From the NCBI RefSeq assembly GCF_000016745.1, contig NC_009483.1, positions 4,950,001 to 4,982,000 on the forward strand: a stretch of 32,000 nucleotides of DNA, written 5' to 3'. The notes beneath the pieces were generated by a model that made no database searches, had not been told where the DNA came from, and saw only the letters and a list, made by a program, of their open reading frames with translations. The translations under genes and the position numbers were made by a program. This document shows positions 16,893 to 26,527 of the stretch, piece after piece (within the stretch, counting starts at the first letter, position 1; each line of letters begins with the position of its first letter). Source of the stretch: Geotalea uraniireducens Rf4. Its GTDB lineage: Bacteria; Desulfobacterota; Desulfuromonadia; Geobacterales; Geobacteraceae.

Positions 16893-19380
16893 ATGAACCA
16901 ATAGTGGAGGGGATATACCCCGCAAGGACTACTCCGAAGACATACTGATCCAACAACCCACGGCGGAGCTGCTGGAGCAGGAGCTGAAGTGGGATTCCGT
17001 GTTCGCCTACGACACCGAAGGTTTCGGCCCTGAGAGCCTCCTGGGGCGAACCTCCGACCGGGAGGTAGTACTCCGGAGAGACGTGGAGGCCGCACTGCGC
17101 CGCCTGAATCCGGGCCTGCCGGATGATGCCTACCACGATGCGCTGGCTCAGGTAACGGCGGACGACCGCACCAAGACTCTGCTACAGGTGAACAAGGAAA
17201 AGTACCGGCTACTGCGGGACGGAGTGCCGGTCAAATATCGCGACGAAGCGGGGAGGATGACTGACCGGCGGCTGAAACTGGTCGATTTTGACGACCCGGC
17301 CAACCCGAAGAAGAACCGGTTTCTGGTGGTAAGGGAACTTTGGGTAAAGGGAGATACGTACAGGCGAAGGCCTGACGTTCTCGGCTATGTCAACGGATTG
17401 CCATTGGTGTTCATCGAGCTGAAACGCTATGACCAGCACATCGATAAGGCATTTAAGCAGAACTACAGCGATTACAAGGACACCATCCCCCACCTGTTCC
17501 ACTGGAACGCGCTGATCCTGCTGTCCAATGGCGTCGATGCCAAGTACGGCTCCATCACTTCTATCATGGAGCATTTCTCTCGCTGGAAACGGCAAAAAGA
17601 AGAAGACCCGGAACCGACCGCCGATCAGCCACTCCTGCCGTTGTTACTGCGCGGCATGCTGAACAAGGAAGCCCTCCTCGATCTGGTTGAGAACTTCATT
17701 CTCTTTGACCGGACCGAGGGGGAACTCCAGAAGATAGTGGCGCGTAACCACCAGTATCTTGGCGTAAACCAAGTGATCGGCAAGCTGCTGTCGAAAGAGC
17801 CGGGCATGCAGGCCGAGGTAGAGGCGGGACGGCTGGGGGTATTCTGGCATACCCAGGGTTCGGGGAAGTCATACTCGATGATCTTCCTGACCGAGAAGAC
17901 CCACCGCAAGATCTCGGCCAAGTATACCTTTGTGGTGATGACCGACCGGAACGAACTGGACGAACAGATTTTCGGCACCTATACCGGCTGCGGCGCGGCC
18001 ACCAACAAGAAGGCGAAAGCCATGGACGGCAAGGCACCGGACAGATTCACGCTGATTCGCCGTGCCCAGGTGGAGTGGATGAAGGAGACGGAGATTTGCG
18101 TCGTCGTTTCGCCGGAGCAGGGAGAAGTGGCCGAGTTCCGCAAGTGGGAGCTGGATATCGTTCCGCACCGGGAAAAGATGGTCCATCGGGATCTGAACTT
18201 GGAGTTCAAGAAGCCGGAACACCCGTTCCGGGTGGTCATCGTCTGTGCCATGTGGCTGACCGGTTACGACGTGAAGTGCCTTGCCACCCTCTACCTGGAC
18301 AAACCGATGAAGGGCCACACCCTGATGCAGGCCATCGCCCGCGTGAACCGGGTCGGCGGCGGCAAGAAGAACGGTCTCATCATCGACTACAACGGCATGC
18401 TGAAGAGTTTGCGAAAGGCGCTGGCTACATTCGCTCAAGGTGACCGCAAGGGCTCTGACCAGGACATCCTTCGTGACGATACCGAGGCAGTGGCTGAGTA
18501 CGGCCAGTCGATCCGGGCAGCACAGGATTTCCTGACCGGCTGCGGATTCAATCTGGACGAGCTGATCGCAGCCAACGGGTTCGACAAGCAAGCGATGATC
18601 CTGCGGGGGGTAAACACTGTCTGCGAGACTGACGAACGGCGCAAGACCTTCGAGGTCATGGCCGATGACATCGCAGCCAGGTTCCGGGGCATCTTTCCCA
18701 ATCCAGGACTGTACGCTTACGACGAGCAGGAGAATGCAATCGCGGCCATCTATAACCGGTTGCAGGAGAGCAAGGAAAGCCCGGATGTCAGCGAAATGCT
18801 CCAGGCGCTTTATGCTGTGATAGATACGGCGGTGACCACCGATACCTTGACCGTAAATGAGCCCCCTGTACGCTACGAGCTGACCAAAATCGATATCAGC
18901 CGCTTGCAGGCTGAATTCGAGCGCACGTGCCCCAACATCAAGATGCTCAACCTGCGGGAAAAGATCGAAAAGCGGCTTGAGGCGATGATCGCACGGAATC
19001 CGACCCGCGTGGATCTGTACGAGCGCTACCAGGAGATCGTGGCGGAGTATAACAAGGAGTATAACAAGGACAAGGATGCCGTGGAAGTGCAGAAGGTGTT
19101 CGACCTGCTGCAGAAGGACACCCAGACCCGGCCCGAACGGGAACGGATCAAGGAGGTGGCAAAGGAACTGCTGGACAAGCTGCTATCCGACAAGCTCCAG
19201 ATCGACCATTGGCGGGAAAAAGCCACGGCCCAGGCCCAGGTCAAAGCAGAAATCATCAAGCATCTCTTCGTCAACCTGCCTGAAACAGGTTATGCAGAGC
19301 ACGAAATTTCCGCACGGGCAGACCTGGTGTTTGCTCATCTCTATCAGACATGCGCGGGAACGATGGCATTTCACCAATGA
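16893..19380 (+). pseudogene. hsdR: Type I restriction enzyme R subunit (HsdR), 5'-frameshifted and missing helicase motifs II-IV
   Basis: Nuclease motif PDVLGYVNGLPLVFIELKR, helicase motif I FWHTQGSGKS, Ia MTDRNELDEQ, V MWLTGYDV and VI MQAIARVNR are present. No DExH (motif II) or TGTP (motif III) lies between Ia and V, which are only ~105 aa apart. ATG 16893 reads MNQ then TAG. The conserved N-terminus (SGGDIPRKDYSEDILIQQPTAELL...) continues in the +1 frame, and the first in-frame start is GTG 16999. Confidence 0.7.
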
Positions 19381-19385
19381 GTGAC

Positions 19386-19423
19386 AAAAAAAACGGGAAG
19401 CTCCGTTATCCGAAACTTCCCGT
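19386..19423 (-). terminator. Intrinsic terminator on the minus strand, downstream of the sRNA candidate
   Basis: The minus strand reads ACGGGAAG-(15 nt loop)-CUUCCCGU followed by U8. On the plus strand the A8 run precedes the hairpin and no T run follows it. The large loop lowers confidence. Confidence 0.5.
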
Positions 19424-19424
19424 C

Positions 19425-19606
19425 TACATTCTCTCCACCATGCCGTTGGTTCGGGGCCTCACAGCGAGTTCCCTAATAGGTGGGCTCCTTTACACTGCTT
19501 CAGGCAAATCCCGCAAGGGGCAGCACACCACAGTTTAAAAAGGCTCCCGTTCTTCGATTATTCCGCAGGGGCGTACTAACCTCACGAACAGGGCAGAGAG
19601 AAACCA
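19425..19606 (-). ncRNA. Candidate 6S RNA (ssrS-like) or other rod-shaped structured sRNA
   Basis: The minus strand begins GUUUCUCUCUGCCCUGUUCG... and ends ...CGAACCAACGGCAUGGUGGAGAGAAU. The ends pair (UUCUCUC/GAGAGAA, UGCC/GGCA, GUUCG/CGAAC), and an inner stem forms (GGGAGCCUUU/AAAGGAGCCC). The 5' UUUCUCU..UGUUCG and 3' GAACCAA..GGCAU..GGAGA resemble the E. coli 6S ends from memory. No ORF fits, and a terminator follows. Confidence 0.5.
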
Positions 19607-19644
19607 TATTTGTGTTTTCATTTTATTCCTGCCTTGGGGATAAA

Positions 19645-20673
19645 TCAAGCGTCTTTTTCAGCGCCGTAGCCAAGGAACTGGTTAAGCTTTCTTACCTCCT
19701 CCATCAGCTTGTCAAAGCCCTGGAAAGTCAAAGATTGCGGACCATCGGAAAGCGCTTTCTCCGGTTCCGGATGAACCTCAACGAGAATGCCGTGGGCTCC
19801 CGCTACCAGGGCGGCTTTCGACATGGGAGGGACAAGGCTTCGTTTGCCGGTGGCATGGGAGGGATCAACCATGATGGGCAGATGGGACAATTCCTTGATG
19901 AGCGGCACCACCGAAAGGTCGAGGGTATTGCGGGTAGCGGTTTCGAAGGTGCGAATGCCGCGCTCGCAAAGGATGACGTTGGGATTCCCCTCCGCCAGGA
20001 TGTATTCCGCGGCAGCAAGAAACTCTTCGATGGTAGCGCTCATCCCCCGCTTGAGGAGGACCGGTTTCTCGATACGGCCCACCTCCCGCAACAGGTCAAA
20101 GTTCTGCATATTACGCGCACCTACCTGGAGGAGGTCGGCGTATTCCGCCACAATCCCGACACTTTCCGGGCTCATCACCTCAGTGACGATGGGGAGGCCA
20201 CTCTCTTTGCCGGCCAGGGCCAACAGTCGCAAACCTTCTTCTCTTAACCCCTGAAACGTATGGGGGCCGGTTCTCGGCTTGAAAGCGCCGCCGCGTAACA
20301 GATCGGCGCCGGCCGCCTTGACCGCCAGGGCGGTTTTGACGATCTGCTCTTCACTTTCCACCGCGCATGGACCAGCGGCGACAACCGGTCGGCACCCCTC
20401 GCCGATTTCCACCCCGCAAACATTTATGATGCTGCTCTGCGGGTGAAAAGCCCGGGAAACAAGCTTGTAGGGTTTGGAGACATGGATAACCTCCTGCACA
20501 CCGGGCAGGTCCCTGATGATCACATCGTCCACATAGCCGGTATTCCCCAGAACGCCGATAGCGGTCCGTTCACCGCCGGGAATCGGCTTGGCCTTATAGC
20601 CCATCTCCTCAACCGCCTTGACGACGGCATCGATCTCTTCCTCTCCGGCATTGTAGCTCATGACGATAAGCAT
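19645..20673 (-). CDS. 3-deoxy-7-phosphoheptulonate (DAHP) synthase, class I-beta with an N-terminal regulatory ferredoxin-like domain
   Basis: [23 protein letters not shown] and VDPSHATG motifs. The ~70 aa N-terminal domain ([31 protein letters not shown]) is as in Thermotoga-type enzymes. Confidence 0.92.
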   Translation of the reverse strand: MLIVMSYNAGEEEIDAVVKAVEEMGYKAKPIPGGERTAIGVLGNTGYVDDVIIRDLPGVQEVIHVSKPYKLVSRAFHPQSSIINVCGVEIGEGCRPVVAAGPCAVESEEQIVKTALAVKAAGADLLRGGAFKPRTGPHTFQGLREEGLRLLALAGKESGLPIVTEVMSPESVGIVAEYADLLQVGARNMQNFDLLREVGRIEKPVLLKRGMSATIEEFLAAAEYILAEGNPNVILCERGIRTFETATRNTLDLSVVPLIKELSHLPIMVDPSHATGKRSLVPPMSKAALVAGAHGILVEVHPEPEKALSDGPQSLTFQGFDKLMEEVRKLNQFLGYGAEKDA

Positions 20674-20709
20674 AGCGTCCTCCCCGTAGCGGATTTCTGA
20701 AGCACGTTT

Positions 20710-20737
20710 AACATAGCAGCGTAAGGGAAAATGTCAA
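20710..20737 (-). promoter_or_regulatory. Candidate sigma70 promoter for the DAHP synthase gene
   Basis: Minus strand: TTGACA (20737-20732), 16 nt spacer, TATGTT (20715-20710). GGGGAGGA RBS precedes ATG 20673. Confidence 0.5.
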
Positions 20738-20774
20738 CGGTGAACTGCCTGATGAATTTTGCCACGGGAAAGTG

Positions 20775-20802
20775 TTGCAATTTTGTCGGGATATCGTAGA
20801 AT
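20775..20802 (+). promoter_or_regulatory. Candidate sigma70 promoter for the DUF507 operon
   Basis: TTGCAA (20775-20780), 16 nt spacer, TAGAAT (20797-20802), about 55 nt upstream of ATG 20857. Confidence 0.5.
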
Positions 20803-20856
20803 ACGCCACTGGACATCATGTTTTAACCGCAAGCTTAAACGACAAGGGGATGGCCC

Positions 20857-21141
20857 ATGCGACTAAAGGAAGATCAAATCGGCAAACTGGCCGAAAAGGT
20901 GCTGGGGGATCTCTCCGCAGCCGGCCTCATCGCCTTGAAACAGGAACGTGGTGCAGCGCTCAACGCCATAAAAATCGCCATATCAGACGACATCAAGGCC
21001 GAGGAGGCACTGGAAAGGGATGCGGAAAAGCTTCTCGAACAGACTCTGCGCGCCATGGGGGGAAATGCAGGGATTGATCACCACAAGATGCTGCGGATGA
21101 TCAAGGAAAAACTGGCCAAGGAACGGAAGATAGTTCTCTAA
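20857..21141 (+). CDS. DUF507-family small helical protein (paralog 1)
   Basis: 94 aa, charged and helical: MRLKEDQIGKLAEKVLGDL...ISDDIKAEEALERDAEKLL. It has the same architecture as the next gene. Confidence 0.75.
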   Translation: MRLKEDQIGKLAEKVLGDLSAAGLIALKQERGAALNAIKIAISDDIKAEEALERDAEKLLEQTLRAMGGNAGIDHHKMLRMIKEKLAKERKIVL

Positions 21142-21160
21142 TAAAAGCAGGAACGGGGAG

Positions 21161-21208
21161 CGAGGTCCGAGGTTCGAGGATTTTAAACCTCGCTCCTCGG
21201 ACCTCGAT
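21161..21208. repeat. Inverted array of heptamers: 3x CGAGGNN, then TTTAAA, then 3x CCTCGNN (18/21 bp hairpin)
   Basis: CGAGGTC CGAGGTT CGAGGAT TTTAAA CCTCGCT CCTCGGA CCTCGAT. It sits between the two DUF507 genes and is not followed by a T run. Confidence 0.8.
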
Positions 21209-21224
21209 CCTTCAAGGAGCAGTC

Positions 21225-21497
21225 ATGCACATTTCCGAAGACCGCATCTCCCACATAGCTCACAAAATATACGACAAACTCTGGAAAGACGACCTGGCCG
21301 ATTTCCCCGACGAGGTAAGATCGCTTAATGCCATAAAGGATGCCATCAGCGACTTTTTTTCCGTGGCTGAGGACATTGACCAAGCGGTCAGGAAAAAACT
21401 GGCCTCCTACTCCCAGGCCAAGGTGCCAGGGAGCAGGGAATGGGAGATTCTTTACCAGAAATTTTACGCCGAAGAGATGGCGAAGAGGAAATGGTAA
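21225..21497 (+). CDS. DUF507-family small helical protein (paralog 2)
   Basis: 90 aa: MHISEDRISHIAHKIYDKLWKD...IKDAISDFFSVAEDIDQAVRKKL. It is parallel to paralog 1. GGAG RBS lies upstream. Confidence 0.75.
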   Translation: MHISEDRISHIAHKIYDKLWKDDLADFPDEVRSLNAIKDAISDFFSVAEDIDQAVRKKLASYSQAKVPGSREWEILYQKFYAEEMAKRKW

Positions 21498-22060
21498 TGC
21501 GTAAAGTTCCATCGGTAATCAAAGTTTTTTGCTGTTTACTGCTTGCTACTCACTGCTTGCTGTTTTTAAACGGTTGCGCACCGGGGGCAAAGGTCACCAT
21601 GGCACCGGCTTTCAATCCCGCACCGGAACAGAGCATCGTCTATGTGCAGCCCTTCACCAACAGCCTCGTTCCTGAAGCATTCAGCGAAACCGTCTTCAAC
21701 GACTTCGTCGACGACCTGAACAACAGCCGTCTCCAGACCGATGTGAAATGGTACTACATCATCAAGGAAGACCCCAAAGACGTTGACCCGGCCTGGCTGG
21801 AAAGACAGGTCTACGTTACCGGCGAGATCTGGAGCTATATTGAAAATGCCGGCTGCTGCTCAACCGAACTGAGGGCGAAAGCCCGTCTTCGCCTCTTCGA
21901 GGCGGAGGAAAAGGACCCTACCCTGGAAATCTTCATTCCCGTGGACAGCTTCTTCGAACATGACCGTTCGACCCTGGACATAGAGCGACAGCGCCTTGCA
22001 AAACGCCTGGCAAACGAGATGTCCAATGCGATAACCAAAGCCCTGGCCAAGCGCAACTGA
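21497..22060 (+). CDS. Lipoprotein of unknown function
   Basis: ATG 21497 overlaps the DUF507 stop (TAATG). Signal peptide with lipobox, MRKVPSVIKVFCCLLLATHCLLFLNG|C. The track ORF's 5' extension (21440) is the overlap read-through. Confidence 0.7.
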   Translation: MRKVPSVIKVFCCLLLATHCLLFLNGCAPGAKVTMAPAFNPAPEQSIVYVQPFTNSLVPEAFSETVFNDFVDDLNNSRLQTDVKWYYIIKEDPKDVDPAWLERQVYVTGEIWSYIENAGCCSTELRAKARLRLFEAEEKDPTLEIFIPVDSFFEHDRSTLDIERQRLAKRLANEMSNAITKALAKRN

Positions 22061-22134
22061 CCAGTATCTCGGCAGGCACAGCAAAACATCCCCGAAGAAA
22101 TTTACCCCCCTTCATATTTTTTTTGATTAATGCC

Positions 22135-22163
22135 TTGATTTTTACCCATACCCTGTTTATATT
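22135..22163 (+). promoter_or_regulatory. Candidate sigma70 promoter for groESL
   Basis: TTGATT (22135-22140), 17 nt spacer, TATATT (22158-22163), immediately upstream of CIRCE. Confidence 0.6.
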
Positions 22164-22173
22164 TAGCCCATCA

Positions 22174-22200
22174 TTAGCACTCGGCAGCTTGGAGTGCTAA
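22174..22200 (+). promoter_or_regulatory. CIRCE operator (HrcA binding site)
   Basis: A perfect match to the consensus: TTAGCACTC-N9-GAGTGCTAA. Confidence 0.95.
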
Positions 22201-22258
22201 TATTTTTTCAACCAACAAGAGAACCATTTATCCCAAAGAAAGAAAGGAGAAGTATCGC

Positions 22259-22549
22259 ATGAAGCTGAGACCGATGCAGGACCGTATTATCGTGAAAAGA
22301 GTCGAAGAGGAGACAAAAACCGCCGGCGGGATTTTCATCCCCGAAACAGCCAAGGAAAAGCCGATGGAGGGTGAAGTCGTGGCTGTAGGCAATGGGAAAA
22401 GGACCGAAGACGGCAAAGTTCTGCCGCTGGACGTCAAGGTAGGCGACAAGGTGCTCTTCGGCAAATACTCCGGCACAGAGATCAAGGTCGAAGGCCAGGA
22501 TTTCCTCATCATGAGAGAAGACGACATCCTCGGCGTCATCGAGAAATAA
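22259..22549 (+). CDS. groES: Co-chaperonin GroES
   Basis: [35 protein letters not shown]... Confidence 0.97.
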   Translation: MKLRPMQDRIIVKRVEEETKTAGGIFIPETAKEKPMEGEVVAVGNGKRTEDGKVLPLDVKVGDKVLFGKYSGTEIKVEGQDFLIMREDDILGVIEK

Positions 22550-22589
22550 TTCCAATACATAGACTGAATCAATCCAAGGAGGATATTAA

Positions 22590-24242
<1,653 letters not shown>

Positions 24243-24270
24243 TTGCGGTCTTTAGTCGAAGCAATAAAAA

Positions 24271-24302
24271 CGGGAGCGGACATTGTCTGCTCCCGTTTTT
24301 TT
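24271..24302 (+). terminator. Intrinsic terminator of groESL
   Basis: CGGGAGCGGACA-TT-GTCTGCTCCCG followed by T7. Confidence 0.85.
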
Positions 24303-24466
24303 ATGGCTGCCACTCCCCAGTATTACTATCACGACAAATCCGACGTTTCTGCTTCCTGCTGCTTTTTCTGGGTTTAGTACTTGGAGAAGCGAAATTTTAT
24401 GTAATAATTAATACCGTGAATACAACATGCGAACATATCCCATAAAATCGATCATGGGGGGCAGCT

Positions 24467-26527
24467 ATGAACAGCAACGATACCGGTACTCTTAACCAGC
24501 ACCTTGCCGCCGTCAAGGAAGGAAAGCGAAGTTTCGAAAACGCCTTCCAAGCGGTGGCGAGGATGATCCTCGAAGGCAAGATCGAGAAGATCGTCGTCAA
24601 CGGCAAAACCACTTACGATTTCCAGATATTTCGCAGCGGCAGGAAGCATCCGGTCGGCATGTACGATGAAATCAACAGCTTCGTCTCCTTTGTCAAGGAT
24701 GCGGCCGAGGGCGGTTCTTCCAAGGAAATGGCCTTTGTCCTCGTCGGGGAGCCCGGCAACGGCAAGACTTTCTTCGTCGAATACCTCTGCACCAAGTATC
24801 GACAGTTCCTGAGCAGAGCTGAAAACCGCCGTTACACCTACCAACTCGTCAACATGGACAAGCTCGGCAGCTACGGACGGATCTCGGTCATCGAGTCCCA
24901 GACCTACGAAGACCCGATGATCCTGGCCATGAACCTCTTTGAAAACAGCGATGATAATAAGGAGTACCTCGCCAAGTCGTTCGGCTTCACGGACCGGGAG
25001 ATCGAGGACCTCTATCAGGACTACCGCCCCCTCGGGGCATGCAGCGGCTATATGTGGAACGACATCAGAAAGTACACCGGCGGAAATATCGATGACATGC
25101 TCGCCTTCGTCGAGGTGGTGCCGGTGCCGCTGAGCGAAACCCTCGGCACGATTACCGGGAAATACGCGGCAAAGGACAAGATCACCTCGTCTGCCGTTGA
25201 CCTGCTCGGCGAAGAGTCGATCCAACGGCTGCTCCATATCACCGACATCAACAACCCCTACCGGTTTGACCTGCGCCGGGGGGCCCTGGCAAGGGTCGCC
25301 GGCGGCGGCATCCACTTCAGCGACGAGATCTACAAGAACAAGAAAGACCTGGTCCAGGTCTATCTCGGGGTCATCCAGAACCGGATGATCGAGATCGACG
25401 GCTACCGCTGGCCCATCGACACCCTGATCATCGCCACCAGCAACAACTCCGAATTCAACCACTTTCTGGCGGAAAAAGAAGAGGCGCCGATTATAGACCG
25501 GTGCCGGGTCTGCTACGTTTCCCACAACACCAACTACCGCATGCAGGAGGAACTGACAAACTACGCCATCGGCAGCGAAACAAAGACCACCTTGACCAAG
25601 GAAGAGTTGCACCAGGACCCGAACCTCAATTACGCGGCCTCGGTGGCCACGGTAATGACCCGGCTCCCCCGCTCCGAAAAGCTTACTGCGATTGAGACGC
25701 TGAAACTGGCAGCCGGTGAGATTGCCGGTGAGAAGAGCCTGAAGACCCTCGCCGAGGTTGTCGATCTTCTCAGCCAGGAACCGGACATCACCAAGCGGTT
25801 CGGTCAGAAAGGACTCGGCCAGAGGAACCTGGGAAGGGCCGTGCAGCTCATGGTGGAAAGCTCGGAAACCAATGAGGGGCGCTGCATGATAGCCTATGAC
25901 GTTTTCAAGGCTTTGGAACGAGTGGTTCTCGACTATGTTTCAGACGCCGGTGACCGGGCCAAGTACCTGGAAGACCTTAAAACTGCCAAAGGACTGTACC
26001 GGGAGCGGATCATGACCGAGATGTTCAACGCCTACATGGACGAACCCTATGCCATCCGCAAGGACGTCATGAACTACGTGAACATGATTATCGGCATAGA
26101 CGCTGAAAACCTGGGGCCGGACAAGATGTGGAAATACAAGGACCCACAGACCGGGGAACTGAAGGCGCTCAAGATCGACGAACGTTACGTAAGGAATATC
26201 GAAGACCGGCTGGGGCTGAAAACGGAAGAGCAGCGCGAGGCGTTCAGGACGTCGATACGCAAGATTTACGGCCAAAAGATTTCAGTTGAGCCCAATTACG
26301 ACTTCATGGATAACCTGGAACTGGTCAAGGCGGTCACCGACGTGCGGCTCAAATCGGACATTGCCGGAGCAGGCAGCCTGATCGGCGCCCTGGCCAACCG
26401 TACCAATGAGGAAAATCAGAAACTGTATGACCGGATGATCAATACCATGCTGAAAAAACTCAATTACTGCAGAACCTGCGCGCAGAAAACCATCGAATAT
26501 TTCTGCACCCAAGAGGATGAAATATAG
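24467..26527 (+). CDS. prkA: PrkA/YeaG-family AAA+ protein ('serine protein kinase')
   Basis: PrkA-type N-terminal AAA domain with Walker A VLVGEPGNGKT and GGIHFSDE. Collinear with YeaG/PrkA over the full length (686 aa). Confidence 0.9.
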   Translation: MNSNDTGTLNQHLAAVKEGKRSFENAFQAVARMILEGKIEKIVVNGKTTYDFQIFRSGRKHPVGMYDEINSFVSFVKDAAEGGSSKEMAFVLVGEPGNGKTFFVEYLCTKYRQFLSRAENRRYTYQLVNMDKLGSYGRISVIESQTYEDPMILAMNLFENSDDNKEYLAKSFGFTDREIEDLYQDYRPLGACSGYMWNDIRKYTGGNIDDMLAFVEVVPVPLSETLGTITGKYAAKDKITSSAVDLLGEESIQRLLHITDINNPYRFDLRRGALARVAGGGIHFSDEIYKNKKDLVQVYLGVIQNRMIEIDGYRWPIDTLIIATSNNSEFNHFLAEKEEAPIIDRCRVCYVSHNTNYRMQEELTNYAIGSETKTTLTKEELHQDPNLNYAASVATVMTRLPRSEKLTAIETLKLAAGEIAGEKSLKTLAEVVDLLSQEPDITKRFGQKGLGQRNLGRAVQLMVESSETNEGRCMIAYDVFKALERVVLDYVSDAGDRAKYLEDLKTAKGLYRERIMTEMFNAYMDEPYAIRKDVMNYVNMIIGIDAENLGPDKMWKYKDPQTGELKALKIDERYVRNIEDRLGLKTEEQREAFRTSIRKIYGQKISVEPNYDFMDNLELVKAVTDVRLKSDIAGAGSLIGALANRTNEENQKLYDRMINTMLKKLNYCRTCAQKTIEYFCTQEDEI

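Noticed and set aside
24369-24384. Possible sigma54 -24/-12 element (TGGGTTTAGTACTTGG) upstream of prkA. yeaG is sigma54/NtrC-influenced in E. coli.
   Set aside because: The GG-N8-TTG spacing fits, but the highly conserved -12 GC is GG and the -24 region is a poor match. This is too weak to call without a position weight matrix score.
24452-25612. 386-aa ORF antisense to prkA. Similar long antisense ORFs occur at 2556-3518, 10701-11711, 15591-16298, 17869-18591, 19480-20247, 22569-23258, 27180-27812, 27994-28602, 29029-29841 and 29848-30729.
   Set aside because: Each lies opposite a gene with clear family motifs. Their translations are low-complexity (V/G/D/L/A/R-rich) with no recognisable motifs, as expected for stop-poor antisense frames in GC-rich DNA.
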